The notes under the pieces are model-generated. The model saw nothing but the letters and a program-made list of their open reading frames with translations, was not told where the DNA came from and ran no database searches. Position numbers and translations under genes: made by a program. This document shows, piece by piece, positions 1 to 11,180 of a stretch of 48,346 nt of DNA. Position 1 is the first letter of the stretch; each line of letters opens with the position of its first letter. Source of the stretch: Tubiluchus corallicola (taxonomy: Eukaryota > Animalia > Priapulida); NCBI GenBank assembly GCA_030141605.1, contig JAQGDQ010001305.1, positions 1 to 48,346 on the forward strand. Reading direction: 5' to 3'.

Positions 1-900
1 TCTATAGGTGACTTTAGCTTGTGGTTTAAATTCAGTGACAACTCAGACTCTCTATAGTTGACTTTAGCTTGTGGTTTAAATTCAGTGACAACTCAAGCTC
101 TCTATAGGTGACTTTAGCTTGTGGTTTAAATTCAGTGACAACTCAAATTCTCTATAGGTGACTTTAGTTTGTGGTTTAAATTCAGTAACCACTCAAATTC
201 TCTATAGGTGACTTTAGTTTGTGGTTTAAATTCAGCGAAAACTCAAATTCTCTATAGTTGACTTTAGTTTGTGGTTTAAATTCAGTAACCACTCAAGCTC
301 TCTATAGGTGACTTTAGTTTGTGGTTTAAATTCAGTGACAACTCAAGCTCTCTATAGGTGACTTTAGCTTGTGGTTTAAATTCAGTGACAACTCAACTCT
401 CTATAGGTGACTTTAGTTTGTGGTTTAAATTCAGTGACAACTCAAAATTCTCTATAGTTGACTTTAGTTTGTGGTTTAAATTCAGTGAAAACTCAACTCT
501 CTATAGGTGACTTTAGCTTGTGGTTTAAATTCAGTGACAACTCAAGCTCTCTATAGGTGACTTTAGTTTGTAGTTTAAATTCAGTGACAACTCAAGCTCT
601 CTATAGGTGACTTTAGCTTGTGGTTTAAATTCAGTGACAACTCAACTCTCTATAGGTGACTTTAGTTTGTAGTTTAAATTCAGTGACAACTCAAGCTCTC
701 TATAGGTGACTTTAGCTTGTGGTTTAAATTCAGTGACAACTCAAGCTCTCTATAGGTGACTTTAGCTTGTGGTTTAAATTCAGTGACAACTCAACTCTCT
801 ATAGGTGACTTTAGTTTGTGGTTTAAATTCAGTGACAACTCAAATTCTCTATAGTTGACTTTAGTTTGTAGTTTAAATTCAGTGACAACTCAACTCTCTA
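1..900. repeat. Minisatellite, ~50-bp unit (CTCTATAGGTGACTTTAGYTTGTGGTTTAAATTCAGTGACAACTCAA..), ~18 copies, truncated by window start
   Basis: Directly visible tandem copies with 49-51 bp period. Confidence 0.97.
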
Positions 901-1207
901 TAAAAGACAGTTAACAGAACTACGTTGAGTGACCATTAATGACGTAACCAGTGATACAACATGATAAAATGTGCCTGCTTTCTTACAAAAAAACACATCA
1001 CTTGCAACTTATCATTAAAATTATATCTGCTGCTAAAAGAGTTTTTCCCAATCTAATATCACTTTATTGAGAAGTAAGTTTAATTGCTGTAATTTCAGTT
1101 AAATTACTGCAGTAAAAACAAGTTCTACCTGAGGACTAAGGGCAAGATTACAAGATGGTTTTTAGCCCAAATTTTAATCATAACATCTTCAACACACAAC
1201 GCCGCAG

Positions 1208-1656
1208 TGTTCAAGTTGCTACAGTTACTGCAGCAGCTGCCGGCAGCGCTGCAGTCGCTCTTGATGATTCAGAGCCTATTAATTAACGTAATCCTAATTA
1301 GTGCAGATCTAACTGCAAGATATTCAAAGTTTTACAAAGTCTAAGCCGTGTCTCGCTGTTTCTTATTTATCTCGTAAATTTTGGAAGACTTTGTAAAGCT
1401 TTGAATTAAATAATCTATTCCTTAATTAATAAATTAATTAACGGCTCTAATGTGGCAAGGAGAGTAGGACCTTTTAAATGATTTGCATATCATATAAACA
1501 TAAAAAACCACTTGATAAAAACAAGTTTTATAGTTTTAATTGATGAGACCCTACGCTCCTTACCTACCGCCCTGTTACTAACTAAAACTAAAACTAATTA
1601 TCACTAATTATCACTAACTATCTCTAATTATTGCTAAAACTGCTGCAGCTTGAACA
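1208..1656. mobile_element. Old foldback/MITE-like element with three nested imperfect inverted repeats
   Basis: TGTTCAAGTTGCTACAGTT (1208) vs AACTGCTGCAGCTTGAACA (~1638-1656); AGAGCCTATTAATTAA (~1271) vs TTAATTAACGGCTCT (~1434); TTCAAAGTTTTACAAAGTCT (~1323) vs AGACTTTGTAAAGCTTTGAA (~1386). Confidence 0.45.
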
Positions 1657-2142
1657 TGTGACACATCAAATTTTCCGATGATTGTTTGTGAACATTTTTC
1701 TAACATTTTTGAAATTCAAACAACATGGAAGTCTTAAAATTGCTCAAGTAAGCGGGTTTTTAACAAATTTTGCTTTCAGAACTGGATCATAGAAAATGTC
1801 TGCACTACAGTAGCTTAATGATTACGTTTTCAACTCAAACTGTCTTGCATAAATTAGTGCAGCAGATATAATAAGTAAACCTTAGCTAGCATAGGTCTAC
1901 TGATTAATTGCAAGTGAAACAAGTGTGTGTGGTAGTGGGGGGGGGGGGGGGTGTCAGGTCACTAAACAGTTTGATCACAGGAGACAAAAAGTAAAAATTA
2001 AACAGAGAAGTAAATAAGACTTGGAACTATTATAAACAACGCAGACGTGTAAATGATAGAAATGATTTTGTAAATGAAAAATCTAAAAATTAAAAAAATC
2101 ATTTTACTTCTTTTACTGTCGTGTAGACTACGATGTAAAAAA

Positions 2143-2615
2143 TTGAAAATGGCACACATTTATAAGGTATCCTGTTTTACAGTTTGAAAAAGGCACACAT
2201 TTGTAAGGTATCCTGTTTTACAGTTTGAAAAAGGCACACATTTGTAAGGTCTCCTGTTTTACAGTTTGAAAATGGCACACATTTGTAAGATCTCCTGTTT
2301 TACAGTTTGAAAATGGCACACATTTGTAAGATCTCCTGTTTTACAGTTTGAAAATGGCACACATTTGTAAGATCTCCTGTTTTACAGTTTGAAAATGGCA
2401 CACATTTGTAAGGTCGCCTGTTTTACAGTTTGAAAATGGCACACATTTGCAAGGTCTCCTGTTTTACAGCTTGAAAATGGCACACATTTGTAAGGTCTCC
2501 TGTTTTACAGTTTGAAAATGGTACACATTTGTAAGGTCTCCTGTTTTACAGCTTGAAAATGGTACACAGTTGTAAGGTCTCCTGTTTTACAGTTTGAAAA
2601 TGGTACACAGTTGTA
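2143..2615. repeat. Minisatellite, 41-bp unit (TTGAAAATGGCACACATTTGTAAGGTCTCCTGTTTTACAGT), ~11 copies
   Basis: Directly visible tandem array. Confidence 0.96.
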
Positions 2616-4354
2616 CTGTAAGTACACTATCAGCTTGCCAGCATCAGTAGTTCTAGATTGAGAGCCAAAATGAGGCACTTTAGCAGTAATTCAGTACAAC
2701 TGCTTTTTACAGATGTTTTGAGTTGCCACAGTTTATGATAATTAGTCACCCTCCCTTTAGAAAAATACGTTGCAAGCCTTTGTTTGCCTAACTACTGGTG
2801 GTTTTAGAAGTTGTTGCAGCCATTGACTGCCCACAGTTTTACAATTGTGCGGCTTCTAACCTTGAACCTCCACCAACAAAGTCATTCGCTAACCTCATTA
2901 CGTAACATAAGTTGCATCAGTTTGAACACTCAGCTCCTTGAGCTTTTAAAACTGTTTCTTATAATAGTTTTTAAATCTTAACGTTCTTTATCTAGAACAA
3001 CCAATAAAAACTCACTGATTACATAACCAAACTCGTTCTCTGCCCGGTATAGCAAATTCTCCAGTTTTGCTTGCCAAATTCATTGCAATTGCGCAATTAT
3101 TGCAACGTTTAACTGTGAACTATCAACTTAAACTCACCAAATACCTCATCTTAGTTACTCGCCCACTTCGTATTATGAGTCGCATAAGGTTAGTCAGCAA
3201 GCTCTTGTAGTTTTATGACTTCCCTTCTGTAGTAGTTAATGAACTTCCACTTCCGTTGACCTCAATCCACCCACGCAAGGTCACCGGCCACTTCTCCAAT
3301 GTCACTTCCTCACTTGGGACAGTAAGAGGAGTACCTTTGCTTGTCCAGCCGCTCATAGTCCTTACTTGTTGTAAACTTTGACCTTAAACTGCCCCCCGCC
3401 CATGTCAACACCTACCCAACAACAATTTTTCTCCCATCTCTTGCTATGACCTGCTCAAGTTTGATGACTTAGCTCCTTAACAATTCTAGAGTTCTAAGAC
3501 ACAGTTGAAGTGACAGTTACATAAGTAATCAAAACAGTAAATAAACAATCACAAGGTTGGAAGACATCATTTTGACATTCTGAATGAAAAAGTTTTACTA
3601 ATTTTTAGAGCGAAAATAGTCATTTTTTAGGTAAAACACTTAACAGGGAATAATGTTTTCCAGGAAGGAAGTCATGTATCCTTGTAAATATATGGATAAC
3701 AAGTTACGCAAAAAGATAATTCCAGTTCTGAACCGCAGGTTGCACACAAACTATTTCTGAACCTTATAGATTTCTCACAATTGAAAATATCTGTCTTTCA
3801 TGTCAAGAACTGTCGACTACTGCTTGAAATCGAGCAGTAATAGTGCCCCCAATGTGCATGCGCTGGTCGAAAAGAACCAATCAAACAATTTAAATTAAAT
3901 GCGTCAAATCCTGCCTAACAATCTTCAAACAAACGATACTTAAGACACCATCCAGGGGGCGCCAAAAAACCTGCAAGTGTTTCTTATTGACCAACTTTGC
4001 TTGTATAAACATAAAAATATTGAAAACAGAAGAGTGACTCCTCATCCTCCTGCTATATTATCACCCCGAGAGAAAAATAACTAAAGACAAGCAGTCTGCA
4101 TGATGCCAAGAAATGCAAAGTCGTGCAAAATGCTAAATGAATTTTATAAATTTGATTCCCTGACGACTAATTATCACAAATGAAGTCGTACATTGAAAAA
4201 CAAGTTTTAGCGACCAACTACCAGGTGTCTCCACTTCATTACTTGACTCGTCTTGACAAACAACAAACTCATTTAGATACTAAACAGAAACAAAAGAGGC
4301 GTGTCCTTCATGGTATAGACACATTAGAGAGTCATCAAACTGAAGCTGAATAGA

Positions 4355-4497
4355 AATGATGATGCAGAATAGAGCCAGGGATGCTGAATGTTAAAGCATC
4401 AAATGATGATGCAGAATAGGGCCAGGGATGCTGAATGTTAAAGCATCAATTGATGATGCAGAATAGGGCCAGGGATGCTGAATGTTAAAGCATCAAT
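4355..4497. repeat. Tandem repeat, ~47-bp unit, 3 copies
   Basis: TGATGATGCAGAATAGGGCCAGGGATGCTGAATGTTAAAGCATCAA repeated. Confidence 0.93.
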
Positions 4498-5146
4498 TTA
4501 AGAATATTACATTGTATCAGAAACAAGTGTTTCATATAAAGCATACTATGAGGATAATTGTAATGGCTTTTTCTATGACACAACACACAATAAAATATAA
4601 CAGTAATGTAAAAAACCTTGTTGTTGCATTAGGCATCTAATGTCTCCATTTGTTGTAGAAAACATTGCTTTGGATATCTGATCTTGTGTTAAGCAAGACA
4701 ATCCAGTGTTGCCACTCCTTGCATTCCATATACTGCACAGAATTTCATGATTCCACTCAATGTGCTGCGCATCTGATGTTCTCAGTAAATGTAGTGAATG
4801 TTGCACAAAACACATGATGATGTCACACCATTAAAAAACACCATTGCACGTTTTCCTATATAAAAATAAAAAAAGGTCAAAATGCTACAATTGATTGCAG
4901 AAAAAAACATGGATACTGCGGCATGCTGACATAGTGAGATGAAAATTACTGTTACACGTTTGGGTTAATGGGTAACAAAAAAGTTTCTTGTGTGAAACTA
5001 CTCTAACTAGACAGAGTAGGAGGAAGAGGGTGACTTGTCCTCCCGCCCTTTAGGAAAAGCCACTGAAGCACCTCTGACATTTCATTGTCTTACTGTAGGA
5101 GATTACAATAAGTAATTGTAGAGAAAAAAGACATACCAAGAACATC

Positions 5147-5557
5147 TTAATCAGAAAACCATGGCTGTCCATGAATCGCTTCCCACCGCCAACGCTCAAA
5201 ATCGCTTACATCATGCGATGTATCCAGGTCACTATCGACATACGTGTCCGACAAAATCCGCTCCCGTTCCTCCAGAACACGCCGGACACGCTCCTGCTCC
5301 TCTTCCTCCTCATCCGAACGAGACCGCCGCCTGGGACGGCCAGGCGACGGTGGCCAGGGGTATCCAGGAAGAGCAAACCCATGCTCCTTCCTGAATCCAA
5401 CACTCTCCCTCCACTCCTCGATACCCCTGGCAACGGAGTCCTCCGAGTCGCTGCTACCCACAGAGGAGGTAGATGATCGACGAAGCTCCTCCGGATGGAA
5501 CGCCTGTGGGTAGCAGGCCGCCTCACAAACATCTCCAACTGGAGCCGGAACAACTTG
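5147..5557 (-). CDS. Uncharacterised double C2HC-like zinc-finger protein, last coding exon (5 of 5)
   Basis: Acceptor TTTTTATTTTTAG|CAA, phase 0, open for 136 codons to TAA (QVVPAPVGDVCEAACY...AIHGQPWFSD*); GC-rich versus flanks; phase matches upstream exon. Full CDS complement join(5147..5557,7639..7747,8362..8493,10468..10641,11170..11180) = 837 nt, 278 aa. Confidence 0.82.
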   Translation of the reverse strand, partial: QVVPAPVGDVCEAACYPQAFHPEELRRSSTSSVGSSDSEDSVARGIEEWRESVGFRKEHGFALPGYPWPPSPGRPRRRSRSDEEEEEQERVRRVLEERERILSDTYVDSDLDTSHDVSDFERWRWEAIHGQPWFSD

Positions 5558-6654
5558 CTAAAAATAAAAAAGCAATAATTTAGTTTACACAAAAGAACTA
5601 CGCTGTATATACAAAATAGAATCTAATATCGGGTGGCACAGAAAAAATGCACCGAAGTTTTGATTACAATAATATCAAAAGCAAGTGCCCTACAAACACA
5701 AGGCTGAAGTTTCTCTGTAGTAGTCCTTGCAGGTAAATTTTACAGGCATTAAAAGTTTGACTGCTTGTCAAATTATGGTTGAAAAGCTTTTGCAAGTTAA
5801 AAATTTAATTATCCAAACAATAATTATCTAAAGCTAATAATCAACTGGAAAAAAACAGGCAGGTTGATGTATAAAGTACTCAACAGATGGCAGCACAACA
5901 TGGCATCACAATGCATTAAATTTTGACTATAAAAGTTTCAAGTTTTAGCTTTTTTCAAATTATGGCCATAAAACTTTTGCAGATCAAACATCGAAACAAT
6001 GTCAACTAGGCACATACGAAAAACAATTACAGTTAATGTATTAAGCCTTTAACAGAGGGCAGCAAAATATTCATTTACTCCGATATACACAGCAGAATTA
6101 TGCCAGAGTCAACAGATCTTAATCATCTTGACATAGAACAATTGAAACAACTTAAACAGGAAATTGCACAGAGCCCTTTTGATGCAGAAGAGGAACAAAA
6201 AGTAGAAAGTATTGAGCTCTAGCTGGGACCAAATAGCCCTTTTTAGAACAGTCCTCAAAGGAACGCCTCCCTTTTTGATATACTTGCCGAATGTCCACAT
6301 ACTTGGCATTTGCAAAAAGATAAAAATATGATGTTTATCACAACATTTGTGCGATTTTCCATTTACTTTAACTTAAAGAATAGAGCATGCATCAAAAACC
6401 ACTTTAACCACGTAGCTGTAAAAATTACAAATGATTCCAGCAAAAATATTTACATAATTATATATGCATGTACAAGAACAACGCACATATGCACTAGAGT
6501 CTAGACAAACCTGGCACTAAAAGTGTTCAATACGTGCAGGCTTACAGTACTGTTGAATATTTATAAAAACTATAAAGAGATTTAAAAATATTAGTTGCGT
6601 AACACAAAACACAATCTGTACTAAATGGTTCAATTAATTTGTTTATAGTATAAA

Positions 6655-6825
6655 CTGTAAATATACAGTTTGCCAACTATACTTTTATGCAGGCCTAAAC
6701 CTGCCAAACCCTTGTACAAATATACAGTTTGCCAACTATACTTTTAGGCAGGCCTAATTCTGCCAAACCCTTGTACAAATATACAGTTTGCTAACTATAT
6801 TTTTAAACTGTACAAATATACAGTT
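6655..6825. repeat. Short tandem duplication (~60-bp unit, ~2.5 copies) in an intron
   Basis: TGTACAAATATACAGTTTGCCAACTATACTTTTA..CTGCCAAACCCT repeated. Confidence 0.8.
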
Positions 6826-7638
6826 ATCTTTCTTATTATGGTGTCGTAGTTTTCAAATTCTTAATAAGAACAATGGCATGATGTCTCACGATATCAGGGA
6901 ACTTTATATCATTTTTAATAAGAAAAAAATCAACGTTTCCATTGCACATTTGCAGTTGTCAGCAGGAAAAAAGAAATTAATTAAAAAAAGAATAAATTAT
7001 CTTAATTTTCAAATTTCTTATCACTTACACGCTACCTTATTGTGCACAAAACCTAGATAAGCAGTAATGCTGTATAAAACTTGAAACTTCAAAGTCAAGA
7101 CATTTGAATAAAGTTTAGATAACATTGAGTAAACTTTGAAGAATAGGACGCTCTTCACTAACTAAACAAATGTGCAAATTACTTTGTGTTGTCAATAGGA
7201 TCAATAATGTGTTTTTGGTGAATCAGTGGTGCACACTGGGAAGGCGCTTCAATGCCGTCTTAACAGTTGGTGGGAACATTTTAAATTATTTAGAATTTCC
7301 TTTTCTAGTTAGCACAGTGTCCGTCAATCATGTAAGCTTATATACTAAGTAATATGAATTTACGTGGAAAATTTTTTTGCGATAAACAATAAAATCATCT
7401 TTTCCCTTTTTAATAAAAATTATATAAAATTTATTGTGATTTAGTTGACTGAAAACGAAAGTGAGATTTAATTAGTGAGATTTAAGGAATTTTTCATTCA
7501 TATTACAAGAATTTACAAATTTTTACAACAAAATGTGCCATTGCTAATTACTTATAACAATGTATATTTGATTGGAAAAACTTGGACCACAATGCAAATG
7601 CATTATATTGATTTTTTAATAAAGTAGAACTATCCTAC

Positions 7639-7747
7639 CTCAACAGGAGCAACCACAATCCGCCGTCGAGCATAAGGGTGCGGCCGGAAATTCGCAGGCC
7701 GCACCCGTCGAACCGGCATCGGTCGTCCAGCTCCAGTTGGATAAGCT
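7639..7747 (-). CDS. Uncharacterised C2HC-like zinc-finger protein, coding exon 4 (AYPTGAGRPMPVRRVRPANFRPHPYARRRIVVAPVE)
   Basis: TTTTTCAG acceptor, GAG|GTAGGA donor, 109 bp, phase 2 to 0 consistent with both neighbours; GC-rich island. Confidence 0.82.
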
Positions 7748-8361
7748 CTGAAAAATAAATCCTTGTTTAGCAAACATGTAAGCCTCTAAAAAGTCGTTAA
7801 TATGGCCTCTTACATTTTTTCAATAAAATTGGGGGTGGGGTGTCGTCGGGGAGATGCTGTAAAACTCATAGCAAAATGAAAACTACTTTGGTGGCTATTT
7901 GCGTCGTCACGTGGGCCGATTATTATGCTGACATTTGGCGTGTTATTAAGTCATATAAAACCAACGTAAAGTATCAGTTAATACGTTAATACGTCCATTC
8001 ACTGTTTCAGCATAAAAAGCAAAAGACGTTTGTGCATTACTGAACATTGGGAGTTAGCATTTGTACTGTTAAACTGACAAGTTGCAATGCCTTTGCTAGT
8101 TTATAATGCCAGTCATTATTAGTAAACAAAAGTTTCTTCCGCTAAATTTTGTCATTTCTTAGAGATGTCTAACAGCATGTTTTTGCATATTAGGCCTGCA
8201 TTAGGCCTCTAACGCGTTTAGAGACAAAGTTTAACCAGCTTTGTGCTTTTATACATGATAATAAAAAGTTGAAATTTAAGGGTTGAAAGTCAGTTCTAAC
8301 TGTGTCAGTAAAATTAAGATTTCCTTTTTGTTAAGTTTAAATTATAAAAAAATCCGCTTAC

Positions 8362-8493
8362 CTGGTCACACGCAAGGCCGGGACAGGCACCGCCTCCTGC
8401 TCTAATGGACAATTCGCCATAACGTAGTGCCGGCCCCGACCCTCAATGACATTGCCCTGCCCTCCACAGAAATTGAAGTTTGGGCACCTTCGC
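8362..8493 (-). CDS. Uncharacterised C2HC-like zinc-finger protein, coding exon 3 (finger 2: CPNFNFCGGQGNVIEGRGRHYVMANCP)
   Basis: TCTCTTTTAG acceptor, CAG|GTAAGC donor, 132 bp, phase 2-2, no stops; C-x5-C-x4-N-x7-H-x5-C spacing. Confidence 0.85.
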
Positions 8494-9884
8494 CTAAAAG
8501 AGACAAAAATAATTTTCAATTTTCTACAAAACGTACTTTCATTTTGTCAAACTTCAAAAAAAAACAACAACAGCAAAAAAGACTACAAAACTTCCAGTTT
8601 AATAACTTTATGGATAAACAAATTTAATAAAACTACATGAGAAATTTCTTAGAACTAATTTACTCCTATTTGCTGGTATAGAATCGGGATTGCGTATCCC
8701 AATTTTTCCACAGCTCTTTTACAAAAGCAATAAACGATATTGAATCAAACTATTCTCAAAAAAAATCTCTGAAAAATCTGCATGTTTAAGAAGTTAATAA
8801 AACTACATGAGAAATTGTTGGATTTAAATGACTCCTATTTGCTGGCAATTTGTTAAGCACGTGTTTGAAGAACTGATCAATCCTCTTAACGCACAAGTTC
8901 AACTCTGGTAGGTTTATTATAAACATTGGCACACAAGCTGAAATATTGGACATCTCCAAATGGAAAGAAAACTAAATGAAATATCAATTTTCTAGTGTAG
9001 AAAGCACAAATTTGCACATCTAACTGAAAAGAAACAGCAAATATTTTGTTGCTATGTGTTCGTTTCCCACCCTGGAGGTCGCGGGTTCTGTAACGTCTTG
9101 GCAACATTTGTAACTTTGTTAGAAACTTTATAGAACAGTTAACATAAATCTTTCTTGCTTATTAATCTGCTTATTCACAAAGACTGCTGCCATGATAAGT
9201 CTAGAGGATGTAACGCCTCGTGGCTTGGCTTGCCGGCTAAAAACAGTGAGAGGAAACCTTAGTGAGCACAAACATTAAAAATATAAACCATAGATAAGAA
9301 CACGTCACAGGTTCAATTCCTGACACGTAAGAGTAAAGTTTTAATTACCGCTCGTTCTGCCAAGCGGGTTCTATCAAGACTACTTTGAAAATAAGCTGTT
9401 ATCATTGTACTATTAGTGTCCTAAACATTATTAAGGACAATTATAAATATTATTATTTATATAGCCATAGATTATTCATGTCTAAAACGTTTTAACCAAA
9501 AATAGATTAAATCATATTCAAGTTACCCATGACTTCTTGGACAAAAATTGCTAAGTTGGTAGGTCAGTTGTTCAGTTACGGTTCACAACTACTCGAGTAA
9601 ATCTTGTGCTCAATTAAGAAACAGCAGAATTTAGCAAACCGTCTCTTACAGCAGCTAAATGAACTACTGCAACCAACATAGTAAAAGACTTGCTATGACG
9701 GTAGAAAACCACAATTATTATGAATGTTGATACACATTAAACTCCAGAAGACAAGAAAGTAAATAGCTGGAACTCAGTCTGGTTTTGAAACAGAGACATT
9801 TGAATTACAAAAACAATTTCATAACCACTAGGTCATCATGTTTCCTGATGACTATGACATTCGCTTTTCCTTCTTCCTTCCATG

Positions 9885-10112
9885 CCTCTCTCTCTCCCAT
9901 CTCTCTCTTTCTCTCTCTCTCTCTCTCGCTCTTTCTCTCTCTCTCTCTCTAAATGATTACCATTACCATCACCAACATCATCACCATCACCACCATCATC
10001 ATCATCATCACCATCATTATCATCATCACCATCATTATCACCATTGTCATCATCACCATCATTATCATCATCAGCATCATTATCACCATCGTCATCATCA
10101 TTCTTATCATTA
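9885..10112. repeat. Compound microsatellite (CT)n followed by (CAT/CAC)n
   Basis: Directly visible low-complexity run. Confidence 0.95.
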
Positions 10113-10467
10113 GCATTATACTACGATACAAAAAATAGTGATGTAACTTTAAATGATTCTTGATGTCATTTGCTATAATCATTTTTCCTTTTGGTACAAT
10201 AATTAACTATCGAAAAATCAGTAATATCTCGGATGGAATGAAATGTCCAGAGACAACGTTCCAGTTCGTGTCGATTAAGACGATATGAAAACTCCATGAA
10301 ATGATTGTAATAAGTTAGCTGTTAACAAGCTAGCTTTGCTTCACAAAGACTAAACGGTAAAGTTTTGTGTAAAGTAAACAAAAACGAAAACTATAGCCAC
10401 GAGGGGGCAAAATGAACGGTTCTACTACTGAAAAAGCTAATTTGTAATTATAATCGTGTCTACTTAC

Positions 10468-10641
10468 ACTGGCTTTGGCTTGCTCTGGCGTTCTTCCAGG
10501 GGTGGCCGAGCCACCACCCCTGCCACGAGCTCGCGTCGTCGCTGCTCCTCGTAGCGCCACGCACAGGCAGACGTGGACCTGTGCGTGGCGTACCGGGGAT
10601 CGACGTTCCCCCGCCCCCCGCACTGGGCGAACCAATGACAT
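10468..10641 (-). CDS. Uncharacterised C2HC-like zinc-finger protein, coding exon 2 (finger 1: CHWFAQCGGRGNVDPRYATHRSTSAC)
   Basis: TTTTTTCAG acceptor, GT|GTAAGT donor, 174 bp, phase 2-2, same Cys/His spacing as exon 3. Confidence 0.85.
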
Positions 10642-11169
10642 CTGAAAAAAGAAGAAAAACGTCATTTCATTTTACTAGTTTAACAGTAAAAGTAAACAAC
10701 AGCGGTTAATACAAGACAGTAATATTATAAGAGAATACACATATATAAAGTCTATGATAAAATAAATAAGTTATTAAGTTGTTGTGTAAACTAAGGGTAT
10801 GTAGTAAATTTGATTTGACTCTTTTATCACTATAATAACGCAAACTATTTTATATTGTTTAAAGTTTTGTTGCAAGAAAAACGATGTTCTGTTTACTGGC
10901 AGCAAAGTCTTCAGGTTATTGAGAATTTAGAAATTTTAATGATTGCAAACACAACAGACGCGGGGCTGGTTTGTTAACTTAAAATGTTTCGAAAATAAAT
11001 TGTAAGATGATCCTGTAAAAAGTTCTATAAATAAAGAATAATCTCACACCACACGAGACTATTAACAGCAGAAAAAAATTTCTGTTTGTTTGGACAACGG
11101 TACATATGCAGAAAATAAAAAAGTAGATGGAAAGGTTTTCTGGCTAAAAAGCAAAATTTCTTTACTTAC

Positions 11170-11180
11170 CGCTTAGGCAT
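11170..11180 (-). CDS. Uncharacterised C2HC-like zinc-finger protein, coding start (ATG CCT AAG CG, MPKR) within exon 11170-11218
   Basis: TTTCAG acceptor (AG at 11220-11219), in-frame TAA upstream of ATCATG, CG|GTAAGT donor, phase 2 joins to A-TGT (R-C) of the next exon. Confidence 0.75.

Noticed and set aside
3365-3430. VGVDMGGGQFKVKVYNK as a transposase or replication-protein motif
   Set aside because: Too short and bounded by stops; similarity is only impressionistic
5161-5592. Overlapping plus-strand and alternative-frame ORFs
   Set aside because: Shadows of the GC-rich minus-strand exon; only the 5147 frame joins the upstream exons
9838-10182. His-rich and Met/Ile-rich ORFs
   Set aside because: Translations of (CT)n/(CAT)n microsatellites in an intron
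10330-10665. 111-aa ORF from the track as the real product
   Set aside because: Runs through splice signals; the phase-consistent frame of the same exon encodes the zinc finger
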